DNA of 64,000 bases, from NCBI GenBank assembly GCA_050084515.1, contig CM114271.1:42346001-42410000 (forward strand), in the 5' to 3' direction. Positions 50,415 through 62,280 of the stretch are shown in pieces; within the stretch, counting starts at the first letter, position 1; each line of letters starts with the position of its first letter. Made by a program: the position numbers and the translations under genes. A model generated the notes under the pieces. The model saw only the letters and a program-made list of their open reading frames with translations. It was not told where the DNA came from and made no database searches. This stretch comes from Blasia pusilla (taxonomy: Eukaryota).

Positions 50415-52129
50415 CCTCTACAACCCACCAGGCTCCTTACTAATGGGAACATGCTTCAGACCTTACCATCTCACTTGAGGGAGGCCTTGACTTAAACGTT
50501 CAAAGTGCAAAGCAAACAAAAGAGCTCCGATTGCAAAGAAAACAATTTCTACTACCAATTGGAATCAGAGAAAACTCAATTGAGACAAAACGAGGGCATG
50601 ACAGATGCAAGGCGGTTAGAATTCTCACCAGGAAGTCGACCACGAATAGTGCAAATTCTTTCACTCTCCATACTTATGTAGTAATTTTGCCTCGTTGGAT
50701 CTCTGCACTTCAAACCGATAGTGGAGGAAAGTAATTGTTGCGCACTATCCCGACTTGCAAATTTTGTAACAGCCTACCCAAGAAACCACTCCCGCTTTTC
50801 TCACCATAACTCTCAGCCCGCCAAAGGAAAATTTGATTCGGAACGTACGTAAGTGAGAAAACAAATCTCTTCTCGTATGTACTGGTGCTGATTTTTCAAT
50901 GCTGCAACCATTTCCAATCAGCAAAGGATCCGCTAGCAATCGTGGAGCAATTGTTTTCTGTACTTTTCCTGGGTTCAAATTTGTAGGGCCACGATGCCAG
51001 TGCACGTCTCATGAGTCCCGTAAGTGCATTTGATGAGACGCCGCCCACCCTTTTTTCAGGACGTCGTGGCCATTGAGAATCTGTATGGCACCATACAAGA
51101 TGAGGTACCCCAAGACGTAAAAGTGGACCGTCCCATTTTTACGGCTTAGGGGGGTGAGGACGTCATACGCCTTACGACGCACTAACAGAGACGCCCTAAT
51201 GGCTTCTCCGGACGTCCCGTGTAAACATTTACACGAGACGCTAGGTGTGCGCGTCCACCTCCGACGTAAAAAAATTTAGGAAACTAAGGGTCCGGCCTTA
51301 AGGCCATAGTATGAGACGTCCTAATACCGAGGACGCCACCCTCAGCCGTCCTTCTAACATGGCCGGGAAAGTTTACGAAAACTGGCGATGAACAGCTCTG
51401 GGGGACGACCACGGTTAAAGCGCCACCGCGGTCATCGTCGGAGTTAACGGATTGGGTTGGGTGGATCCAACCAAGTTGAACCAACGCCAAACCCTGAAGC
51501 CTTGACCTGAGATCATTTCGTCGCGTCCTGACAAAGTTCTCCCCTGTATGACAGGCACCGACGACGCCCGGAGAGCTTTGGAAGGATAGTAGTTAAGTAA
51601 TGAAGAGGGAAACGCGGGGGTAGTTAAGTGGCTTTCTCGGTCAATGGAGGTAAATTTGGGTGTACCTGCCACCGAACGGGTCGTCGCGTCTTCGAGAGGA
51701 GAACGGTGAACTACTACTACAAGCCTACGATAAAAGCTGGCGAGCGACAAGAGTCTCGAAGTTTTGAACCCCCCAAAAGTCGGAAACGCACTACAGCATC
51801 ACTCCCCAAGTAGTCCTCGTCCGCAATTTTGAAGAAGGATTGCTCAACAAAGTTTCGACTCCGATGCACCCTAACCGGAGTTGTGGTACTCCGGCGCCCC
51901 TTAATAGATCCTGTTCACTACGTCACCCCCCACAAATTCCACCCGCCACTATGTTGCCACCCTTACTGGCCCGTCGGAACACCGGGTTTCCACTAAAACA
52001 AAGGCCAATGTGAGGTGCACTCAATGCAATGAAGATCCGTTGCCACTCCGTAGGGGTAGGGTGGAGGGAGATACGTTTAGCGATCTTAGATCTTTTGTAA
52101 ACTAGATTGAATGTCTTCTTGGTGACTCG

Positions 52130-55100
52130 AAGGGACATCTTTAGACTTCTCGTTGACAAATGTTCAGCAGAAAATGCAATCATATTCCAATTACATGCAT
52201 AGAGGATACGGAACGAGTAGAGATTCAACCCCTTCATGGCTTGGAAGGGATTTTTCCAGCATACATAGGGGCCTCCCATGGATGATTACACGAGTTTTGG
52301 ATTCTCCATGAGGCGAAGATTGAAGCTCGAGACTATTTTGGTCTCCAAAGTATGTTATCCCTCACAGGGCATGCAATTTACAATGTGATGGTTGCAATAG
52401 CACCCACTATCGGCATGGAGGAGACACTTGGAAGTCTCACATCTCGGACCAGCCGAGTATCACCCTTGTTCAACCCGTTGGTTGAGTTCTTCCAAGAGTT
52501 GGGGAGGAACTACCAAGGGGTGAGGACCGACAAGCTGAATTCGATTCATGAGTTTCAACGGAGAGCGAGGAGAGTCTACCAGAGGCCTATGCACGGCTCA
52601 TACAGTTGATTACAACAACTTATAGTGTGATAGAGGCATAGACGGCTCAATTTTGGTATGCGATACTAGACCGCGAGTTGTGAAAGAGAGTGCGAGATGC
52701 GACTCTCTTACATGTTGGTTTGCCTACTCTCAAGTATGTATTTTTCTTGGTGGAGCGTATTGAGCTCAATATACTTGAGGTGAGAGTGTTGATAATGGAT
52801 GCATCATCTTCGAGGGAGACGACACGAGTGGCAATGTCTCAATAGAACTGCAACACTTCTTGAGATCAAGTTATGGGACTGAGAGCTATGGGAGGATACC
52901 CGAAGCTAGGACTATAATTAGTACAGTCTTACAATAGATAGTAGGGCTCAATTTTTTCTTGTTGGACATATGGAGGATCACATCGTGAGGAAGATTATTT
53001 ATAGCAAAGTGGAGTGCAAGAAACACCTCCATTTGTATATGAGGGGGCCCAACGAAGGCCACACGTGACCCTTACCTTAATGTGATCATTGCCATAGATA
53101 TGGTCACACACGGGAGAGATGTTTTAAGCTCCACCGAAGATACGCCTAGATGGAGATCGACAGAGGACAAGGTGTAGGAGGTCAAGGACGTGTTGGAGGT
53201 AGGGCCCACCACCTACCAAAACGAGTAGAGGACTTCCATCTGAGGCAACTATGGCAAGGATTGCTCACTTGGAGCAACGCCTTCAGGCTATGACGGCCCA
53301 ACATGCATCTACATTAGGAGCAAGGGGTGTGTAGACTTCTGAATCAACCTAGTGCTAGGATATGGTGGGAGATGTAGGAGGTATGGGATTTCTTTGCAAT
53401 ACCGCATAGCTGGATGCAAATGCAATTGTTACGACAGGCGCAGTGAGAGCTTATGAGCCACGAGAATCCGATGTGGAGTTGGGACCAAAGAGGGGGGAGG
53501 CTGGTAGGCACGCTAGACTCCCTCAGTCATTTATATTATCAAAGGCTCTTTATATCCCGTCAATGGTCCCTAGACGTCCCTTGAGGGGTGTTGTTGTCGC
53601 AAATGCCAATGGAGTTAGAGGAGCGGGTGAGGAAAGTATGTCAACCACGCCTATGCAACATTCGACACGACCTAGGACTAGCCCATAGCGAGAGATGGTG
53701 ATGGATTTGTTTGGAGTTCCACCATTTACAACTAGGGAGTTGATCACATATGGTCACATATGGAGTTTGACCTATTGGGGTTTTCGTATTGGCGGTGGCG
53801 CTCCATGGGAGGGATGAGTTTGGTTCTTCTATACTTGAGACTCGCACAGGAGATGTGGCAGACGTACCCTTGGAGCAGGTACTTGGGACCACGTCCATAG
53901 AGAGTTGGCATGCAGTAGCGGCTAGAGTGGCGGAGTTGGTAGCTAGACCAGGGATAGAGTGCATATCCGTCTCACCTTGAGTTGTTATCTTAGACAATCA
54001 AGATGGAGTATTCAAGTTGCTTGGTCCATCCGTAGTCGTGTATTGACCGCAGCGTGTTCTTCTAGATTCAAGAGCACAATCTCTTTTGTTGGGGAAGGCA
54101 ACATGTATAGCGATGGGATTGTGGAAGCGTGAGATCACTCCATGTCCATTCTAGATTCAAACTACAAGGGAAAGCACATCCCTGACACAGTATATGACTT
54201 ACGATGAGATTGGAGAGAGGATTCGACCCGATCATCCTTCTGATAGTATGATGGTGCGGACGTGAGCGGTGGTCATACCAAACGAATCTAATGATGTCTA
54301 GGTAGGAGCTACCATATTGTACCCCTTAGGGTTCACACTTGACTTTTTTGAGGAGACAACCTCCTATCGACCAGGTTGGCAATCAAGTGAGGGATGTGAC
54401 AATCAGCTACCTGTGCGGTATGCATGGAGACTTGATGGTTCACTCTAAGCATTGACCACAAAAGTTGCAGCTTATTCCGGCACACTATGTTGGCCTCAAG
54501 ATTTACTAGAGGGAAACGCCCATGCAAAGGAAAATCTTGTAGAGGATAGTCTTGAGAAGTGGCATGCAATGAAGAGCGTGACTACACCTATTGGTGACAC
54601 TTCTTCAACTTTGTGGGGAACAAGCATACATTTGCGGAGGAGTGCAGACAAGCTCGTGAAGCAAGCATGAAGTCGGCCGATCCCATGCTCTAGAGCAAGA
54701 CAAGACAGAGTTACTACGTGTTCTATGACACCCTTGGACACCACATGTACACCGATTATGTGGCAATATCATGAGGAGGGTGTATATATACTAGATCTCG
54801 TTGGAGGGATAAGTACTACTTTGGTTGCATGCAAGAGTACAAGTACAACAATACTTGTATGTTGAGAGGGATGAGCTCGAGACTGCATGTAGAGTCTCAT
54901 TATACCATGTGTCAAGACTAGTCCAACAATATCCTCACTTATTTCCAGTAGTTGCGATCATGGGATATCAACATGAGTTGACGGCCAACATTTTGTTGTT
55001 GGGAATGCCTGATCTGGATGGGGTTGGCCCAATATATTTGGTGGTGTCGGGTCGGAGACTTGGTTTTCACGACCTGAGGTTGGCCATATTTTTGGAGATG

Positions 55101-57269
55101 TTGCAAATTCTTCAGCACGTGTAAACTACCCAAAGATTTTCTCGTTCTCATTGCCAACCTACATTTTGAAGAACATCCCATTTTTAGGTGACACTCAAGC
55201 CCGAGTGTACATCAAGTGTATTTGTAGATAGGACCAGTGGTGATGTTGGATACAATGAGTGTTGGATCGCGTGCACACCATCTACGATTGTGGTGGACGA
55301 ACCTTTTACCATCTGAGTTGATGAGACGGGCTTATAATGGAGTTCACAAACCATCACTGCTTACACTGAATGCAATCTTGGATCTAGGGTGGCGATTTCA
55401 GGTTGTTACTCATGATAATATACCACTATTGGCACTGGCCAATCAGGTGGGCCAACAGAGGGCAACATTGCCTAGGTTGGTGATGTTTCGTCATCTCATG
55501 CATTTCGTCAATGAGGACAAGACATGATATGGGATGAGTAGGCATGTACACTAGTGGAGCCCAACCCTGATAAGCGAGAGCGAGTTATGGGGTTTTCTAC
55601 AAGTACGATGGCAGTGCCTATGATGGAAGAGGCATCACGTAGACAGGTATTGGGTCAGGCTATGGAATTGAATTGTCTTACTTGGGTGTTCAATCTTGGT
55701 TTGACTAAGAAAAGACGGATGCAAGAGTCGTGTATGACATTACGTCCACTTTGTAGCGCATCGTTTATCGGGACAGGTGAGACACTGGTTGGGGGCACAA
55801 TGGTGATGGAGAGGCATCCATGGACTGTAAGGGACGTATCACGAGAGAGATGGGAGTCCATTTTTTTGATGCAAGACATAATGGAGTTCTCAGAGAGTTG
55901 GTGCCTGAGTTGGGAGAGCAAGTTGTTGCTCCATTGGTTGCTAGTTAGCAACCACCACCCTCCTCTTCTTCCTCTTCTTCTTCAGATGTCAAGAGAGAGA
56001 CTAGGGAGCCGATGATTGCTCCTAGGTTGACAAGAGCGGAGAGTTGATGAGTGTTGCAATTTTTTTGGAGATTCATGGAGTGTTTTGTATATAGTTTGCA
56101 TGACTTGGGTATGTTGAAGGGTCCAGGTAATCGGATCCAATTGGGTAGTGACACGCATATCTTCCGATGATCTTATGGGTATTCTGACATGGAGCGAGCC
56201 TTGATTTTGAGTAGGAGTCAAGACTTGGTTGACGTTGGACTGGTGGAGAGATTTCTTGGAGAGTATGTATCTGCCACAATTATGTCAGAGAAGAAGGACA
56301 TGCATGGCCCGTGGATTGATAGGAGGTGTGTGGGGATTACTGTCAAATGAATTGGCATATGAAGGCCGATAACTATGATATGCCTACTCTCGAGGAGATC
56401 TTTTATGCAATGGGATATGTAGAGATTTTTAGTTGTTTGGATCTCCGTGTAGGCTATTATCGATTGCCCATACATGTGGAGGACAAGGAGAAGAAAATAT
56501 TTTGGGGGACAGATTGTTTTGGTAAGGATTGTTTGAAGTAGTGGTAGTTCTTCATCCCAAATGGTAAGAACTATTGGGTTTAACACTCCTTGCCAGGTTT
56601 TCAACAAGTTATGGATAGGATTTTGGCTGGTTTGGATTTTGTGGATGTTACATCGATGACGTTTCTGTCTTCAGTGCCACAATTGAGGAGCATGAGAGAC
56701 ATTCGGAGGAGGTTTTTTGACAATTGAAATTACATGGGCTAAAGTTACATCCAGGCAAGTGCACGTTCTTTCGTCACGTGATCAACAAACGAAGGTGGAG
56801 GCCAAAGTGTGCATTCCTTGCCCTACAGATGTGAGTCGAGTTTGAGCTTTCATGGGATTGGCGAACTACTACCGACGGTACGTGAAGGGCTTTAGTGCGA
56901 TTGCGAAGGCACTGACTTTGCTGACTAGGCTTGATCATGAGTGGTTTTGGGGAGATGATCATGAGAGAGCATTTCAAGAGCTCAAGGACAAGTTGACGTC
57001 CTTGCCTATTTTGAGGAGATCCATGCATGGTCGTCCGTTCTAGTTATATATCGATTGGAGTATGTTTGGGGTTAGGAGCGGTGCTAACTTAGCAAGATAA
57101 TGAGGGGAAGGAGTTCGTAGTGGCTTATGCGAGCCGCTTGAACAACACATTGCGGAGGCAAAGTAAAGTTCCTATCATGGGGAGTGCTTAGATGTAGTGT
57201 GGGCAATAACCTATTCCATATGTTATTTTTTCAGGAACCCTTTCACATTCATCACTTATCATCAATCAC
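52130..57269 (+). mobile_element. Decayed copy 3 of the DNMT/PHD Gypsy family (gag-PR-MTase-RT-RH); possible B end at 58248
   Basis: RFNPFMAWKG gag; MTase ~54770-55690 (QYLYVERDE, AHHLRLWWTNL, ERVMGF, RRQVLGQAM); RT GLANYYRRYVKGFS; TAGCGATGTCTATTCGCACGACA at 58226-58248. Confidence 0.85.
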
Positions 57270-57990
57270 CACTAGAACAATTCCATAGTTTTATGACTGG
57301 CTCATATGACTCCCTCAAGTCATATATGCCTTAAAATGACTGGAAATGAGTGATGACTCATGGAGTCATAAAAGCCCAGTCATCTATCATACCATGACTC
57401 GAGTCATTTTAGGATGAGAGACCTAGTCATTCATTTAAATGACTGACACGTCACTAAAGTCATATAATATGATGACCATATCAGCATATGATGTGGCAAG
57501 TCGTTAAGTACGACTACTTAAATCATGACACCTGTCACATTGTATGAGTCAACTGTAGTCATATTGTTCGGAGAATTTCATAAAAATGACTTCACATTCA
57601 ATTCTATGACTAAGCTTTCAAGTATGACTAAGTCATATTGATCATTTTGTTTCGTCTAAATGACTTTAAATGGTTATATACGACTCAATAAATGACACGG
57701 TCTTTGTGTATGACTCAAGTCTGACTACTTTTTATGACTCCATGCTTTGTGAATATGACTAGGAACTTAAATATGTGATTGTTTTAAATAACTCCATGTT
57801 TTTTTTAATACATTTTTTCTTATGACTAGAATCTAACTTCTATATGATTGATATTTTGCATGACAGGTCTGAATGACTCCACGATTCATTAATATGAGTG
57901 CATGATAGATGAATATGACTAGGTACCTACATATTTGACTTTTAAATGATTGTATATGGTTTTAGTATGATTTGGTACATGTTTGGATCA
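57270..57990. mobile_element. CACTA(En/Spm)-like end with dense ATGACT/AGTCAT subterminal repeats
   Basis: CACTAGAACAA begins where RNase H homology stops; many (A)TGACT and AGTCA(T) motifs in both orientations. Confidence 0.6.
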
Positions 57991-58259
57991 GTAGTTTAAA
58001 TGATTGCCTATTGAGAGTATATTGTAGACTTTCTCCTACTATTACCGTAGTGTGTATCATTGATTGGATGTTTGGATGAAGCATGATTGATTGTAAATTT
58101 CATCAAGTTTCACATTTCAGATCAATTTTATTGTTGGGGTTGTTCAGTTGTTCATGTGTAGATAAGTTAGGATTCATACTTAGATGGATCTTAGACTTGT
58201 GTGCATGACATCCAATGTATGTTGGTAGCGATGTCTATTCGCACGACACTACCTTAAGA

Positions 58260-59300
58260 AAAATTTTATGTTCAAAGGGTCACTGGACTTAGACCACATC
58301 TTCCACAATCTGCTCCACTAGTTTTAGGAGTTCTGCACACGTCTTTGATAACTCGGACATTTGGAAGACGTCCTTTTGTGTGCTTGATTTTAGCCCACCA
58401 AAGAAGATAATCTTCTTAGTGTACTCGCCCATTTTTTCAATTTTGTACTAAACTCATGCCCATACGCGCTTAGGGATCCTACTTGCCTTAGATGCACGAA
58501 CTTTACCCCATCTCGAAATGCTTGGTACTCCATAGTGAATTAGTCACAAATCAACATTTTGAACTCCTCCCAACTTAAAGATGACACGTTGGCTAAAGTT
58601 TCCTCTTGGTGAGCCGTTCACCACTAGGGCGCATGATCCTTCAGGAACATGATTGCCAGAGTAACTTTATCCTCCTCTTTAGCCCTTTGCGCCTTGAAGT
58701 AGAGCTCTAACTTTGTAAAGAACTCCTTCACCTTGCGAAATCGTCCCAACTTGAGAATTGCGCAGGAAAATTTGTCTTATAAAGCTTCTTACTAGAACTA
58801 GAAGCACTATCCAACTCTAACTCAAAAATCTGCTTATTGTGTTGGGTCATTTACTCCGACATGATCTTCATCACGTCCATCATGGGATCATAAAACACCG
58901 AGTCGTTTGAGGTTGGAGCTGATGGCCCCACGAAAGGATTCATATTTGGGATATCCTCCTGCCTAGAATTGGTCAGCACTTGGAGAGTTACAGTCTTCTT
59001 TTGTGGCTATTGGTCAAGCATTGGTTCCTCTCTCCACTTCTGTCGCTTATGCTAACGCCTCGATAGTGAACCACAGATAGTCACAATCCTTAAGCTCTAG
59101 ACCATTTAGATCCCTTCCTTGTCTTTTGCATCCCTCTCCAAGCATCTTGGTCACATTGCAACCTTTTGTTCTCCTCAAGCGTCTAATAGCTCTTATAACC
59201 TTAGGTGCTCTTTCACCACAAATTTGCTTTGATACCACTTGTCGTATGCCTACTCTCCTAAACGTCAATCTCATGCGGTGCGGAAGCTTGCGTTCACAAC
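58260..59300 (-). mobile_element. Fragment of the same chromovirus family (gag, PBS, LTR edge)
   Basis: ELYFKAQRAKEEDKV..FLKDHA; TGGTATCAAAGC PBS at 59237-59226; LTR edge TGTCGTATGCCTACTCTCC at 59240 matches 20807. Confidence 0.8.
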
Positions 59301-62280
59301 GTGGGATACCTAAACCTGTCATGTCCCCTCCTCTCCAGTGTTTACATTGCCCATGACCTCCTCTTGTATTTGCACAAGCTTCCGTACTTGCGTTCAAGCT
59401 TCTATTCTTATGTCAGAAGACACGTTCAAACTTGCATTCAGATCTTCTGTTTAACAGGGTACTATACTTATGAGATACTAGTCTAAGCATGTGCGATGAG
59501 AAAAATTAAATTATTTTCCATATTTAAAATCAATTCCGAATTCTCCTATTTGTTTAGACAAACAATACTATCTACCTAAAGTGCTCAAGTGTCGAATGAA
59601 TAGACGTCCGTCCGCTGCGGCATCCATTCCTCACCAAAGATTGTGGCTTCCTCACGGAATGTCCCGTGAGCATCCGCGGTTGTAGATTTTCAAGCTGGAA
59701 TCAATTCAATGATTCAAGTCGAGCATGTGCAAAACAGACCCACTTTTTCCATCACCCGTTTGTCACGTACAATAACTCGTCTGCAACGGACACGCCATAA
59801 TACTTTTCACACAAAAGGAAGAACCCAAATGATCTCATGCAACCTAACCAGAGTTCTACGACGATAAGTGAGGATTTAATACAAGAGGCAACAAACAATC
59901 GACGGAGGAAGGATGCGGCTGCTTCTAGCTGGGGTCAAGCTAGGCGATCTTGTCCAAGCTCGATCCCCGAGTCCTCGCTACTCTACATCCACCCTACGAG
60001 CAAACAGAGCGTTGAAAAGCGTCGGGAATCTGCGCAGAGATCCGAGAACCAACGGCGACGGGCATGGATTAGCGCAACAATCATTTGTGCGACAGATTCC
60101 GAAGAGGCAGACACGCTAAGCTAGCGACGAAAACTCACTCAATCAGTCAGTCAATAAATGATCGAAAGAGAGAAATTCACGAGCGACGCTACTCGTAACT
60201 CGGTCCGCGTTGATGTACAGTACGTCATTATTGGGTGGAACTGGGTTTACATACGGACGTGAGCATTCAAGACAAAGTGGGCTCTGTCCAGGTGAACACC
60301 AAACCCGTAAGTGGTGCGGCGAGTTGTTGCAGCCATCGCCGACAGCTCTTCGGTAGATTGGTAGGATTCCGAATTTCTGAGGCTCCATCCAAGATGTGAT
60401 GAGAGGCGTGAGCTTGCCCGAGCTGGAAAGCACGAAGAGCAGTGCATGCCAGGGCGGGAGCACGCACCGGGTACGGATTCTGGTCAATTCGCCAGAGCCA
60501 CAGCAAATGGGTGGAACAACTTACACTCCTCTCACATGCCCAGATTCCAGCGCTTGATTTCGAACCTTGTATTTGGCCTATCGATCGAATGGACTCAGGC
60601 TCCTTCTCCGTCCCTCTCTCTCTCGGAGTCTCTCCCTGCTGCTATCCACGATGCATGCCTTGTACCTCTGCCGTGGCGAAATCTGCGCGGCCCCGTGCGA
60701 TTTGGAGAATCTAGTCGTTCCAGCTTTCAGAAACCAGCGGAATTTTAAAATCGAGAAAATCTCCAGATCACTCTGTGTGCCCTAGTATAAAAATAGAATC
60801 CGGGCGACTTAGGAATCATCGGAGCGGCTCAGCAGGGCAGTCGTACCTGCAGTTTTAGCGATCGATCGATCGCGGCCACCACAACGAGCGTCGGGGCTTT
60901 AGTGCCCCACTGCCCGTTGTTGTGTTGACCTAGTCCAGGACGCCCTATTCTATATTCCGTTTCAATCGTCGCATGGTTGACTCCGCATAGGAAAGTCCTC
61001 GCTACCTCATTCCCCCCTTCTTTCTACTTCCCATGTTTTCCCAGGCTGCCGCATTATTGTACGTTCAATGGTCCATGAAGTCGATGAGGATGGAGAAACA
61101 GGAATTAAAACCTCGAGAGAATCCCTGACATTTCGGATTGTTGGCAGACTTCTGTCATTCGCGACTACGGCGACATAACTTTTAGTTGACTAGAGTAACT
61201 CATAACTTCCACAACAGCAAGCAATGCCAAGCATCCCGTGGCCCCTGTTCACAATGCAGAGGCACCTAACGCAAGTATGAATGCATATTCTTGAATCTTC
61301 GTGTCGCACCGCCGAGTTTGTGCCGATCAGCTCGTTCATTAGACCGCCTTCGTCAGGCTTCGTGTTCTCTTAGAAAGTCAAAATCTCGTCATCCTACGTT
61401 TCTTCTTCCGCAAGTGAACACCGACCGAAATAGTCCGGCGGATCTGGAAGCGAGAATTTTCCCGCCACCACCATAACACCTTGACAGTGCTCCCTCTTTT
61501 TTTATTATGATGTCATCGTCTAGTCACTCTAGTGATCTCCGAGCATTTGACTCGCAGACCGCACTAAAATGAACATAAGAACTCCAGATTTCAACGCGAA
61601 ATCCCTATCACAGTAGTTATGAAGCAAACCCGTACCACGTCGGAATGACCGAGCTCATGCGATCTCGTTCGTCGTTCGTCCATGCGCAGCTTCTCCAGTT
61701 CGCATTAGAGCGGGGATCTAAACCCGTCCAAATTTGGGTCTCACGAACATGGGATTGTGGAAGATCCCCCGGACAGGACGGTTTCGTACTTCAATTCCGG
61801 ATTACAACAATTGTGGGGTTGCAAAGTCACTCCGGGTGAGACTCCGCAGAAAATGACTACACACATATTTCTGTTCAAATTTGGTAACCTCTAGCATTGA
61901 CCTACCCACATTTGTTTGGGTTTCAAGGGAATATGGGGGTTTACATATTCTAAAATTTAACCCCACCAAATATTTGTTGGACTAAATTCACGATCTAGGG
62001 AACGCAGATTTCACCTTTCATGCAGCAAGAATATTTAAGAGAAAAATCCTAAAATTTCAAGTTTTACTAGATGATTCCACCAATCAGGAATCCAAAGTGG
62101 TTGTTGAATCCCGTGATCGAGGGATTCAACCACTTCAACAAGTAATTCTAACCAAGAACAATGGGGTGAAAACTAGAGGTGCAATAATTTAGATTCATAC
62201 AATGGAGAGGTTATCACGTCTTTTGTTTGTGAACCGAAGAGTATACATATAGTGTATCCAAGGAGGTTGAATGTCGGTTT

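Larger units (their letters stand above)
44781..51197. mobile_element. PIF/Harbinger DNA transposon with two convergent genes
   Basis: Perfect 10-bp TIR AGGGCGTCTC; 3-bp TSD AAT on both sides; transposase plus Myb/SANT-like ORF. Confidence 0.9.
44509..51322. mobile_element. Harbinger/Tourist-like MITE (~395 bp: 44509-44780 + 51201-51322) split by a nested autonomous element
   Basis: Imperfect TIRs AAGGCGTCTTATACTAGGG / AGGACGTCTCATACTATGG; AAT TSD at 44506-44508 and 51323-51325. Confidence 0.7.

Noticed and set aside
58048-58052. TAGTG as the right CACTA terminus
   Set aside because: Little TIR match beyond 5 bp and no 3-bp TSD (CAC versus TGT).
59600-61900. GC-richer stretch with many short ORFs and a TATAAAA at ~60786
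   Set aside because: No recognisable protein or splice pattern; could be promoter/UTR or lncRNA, but nothing supportable from sequence alone.
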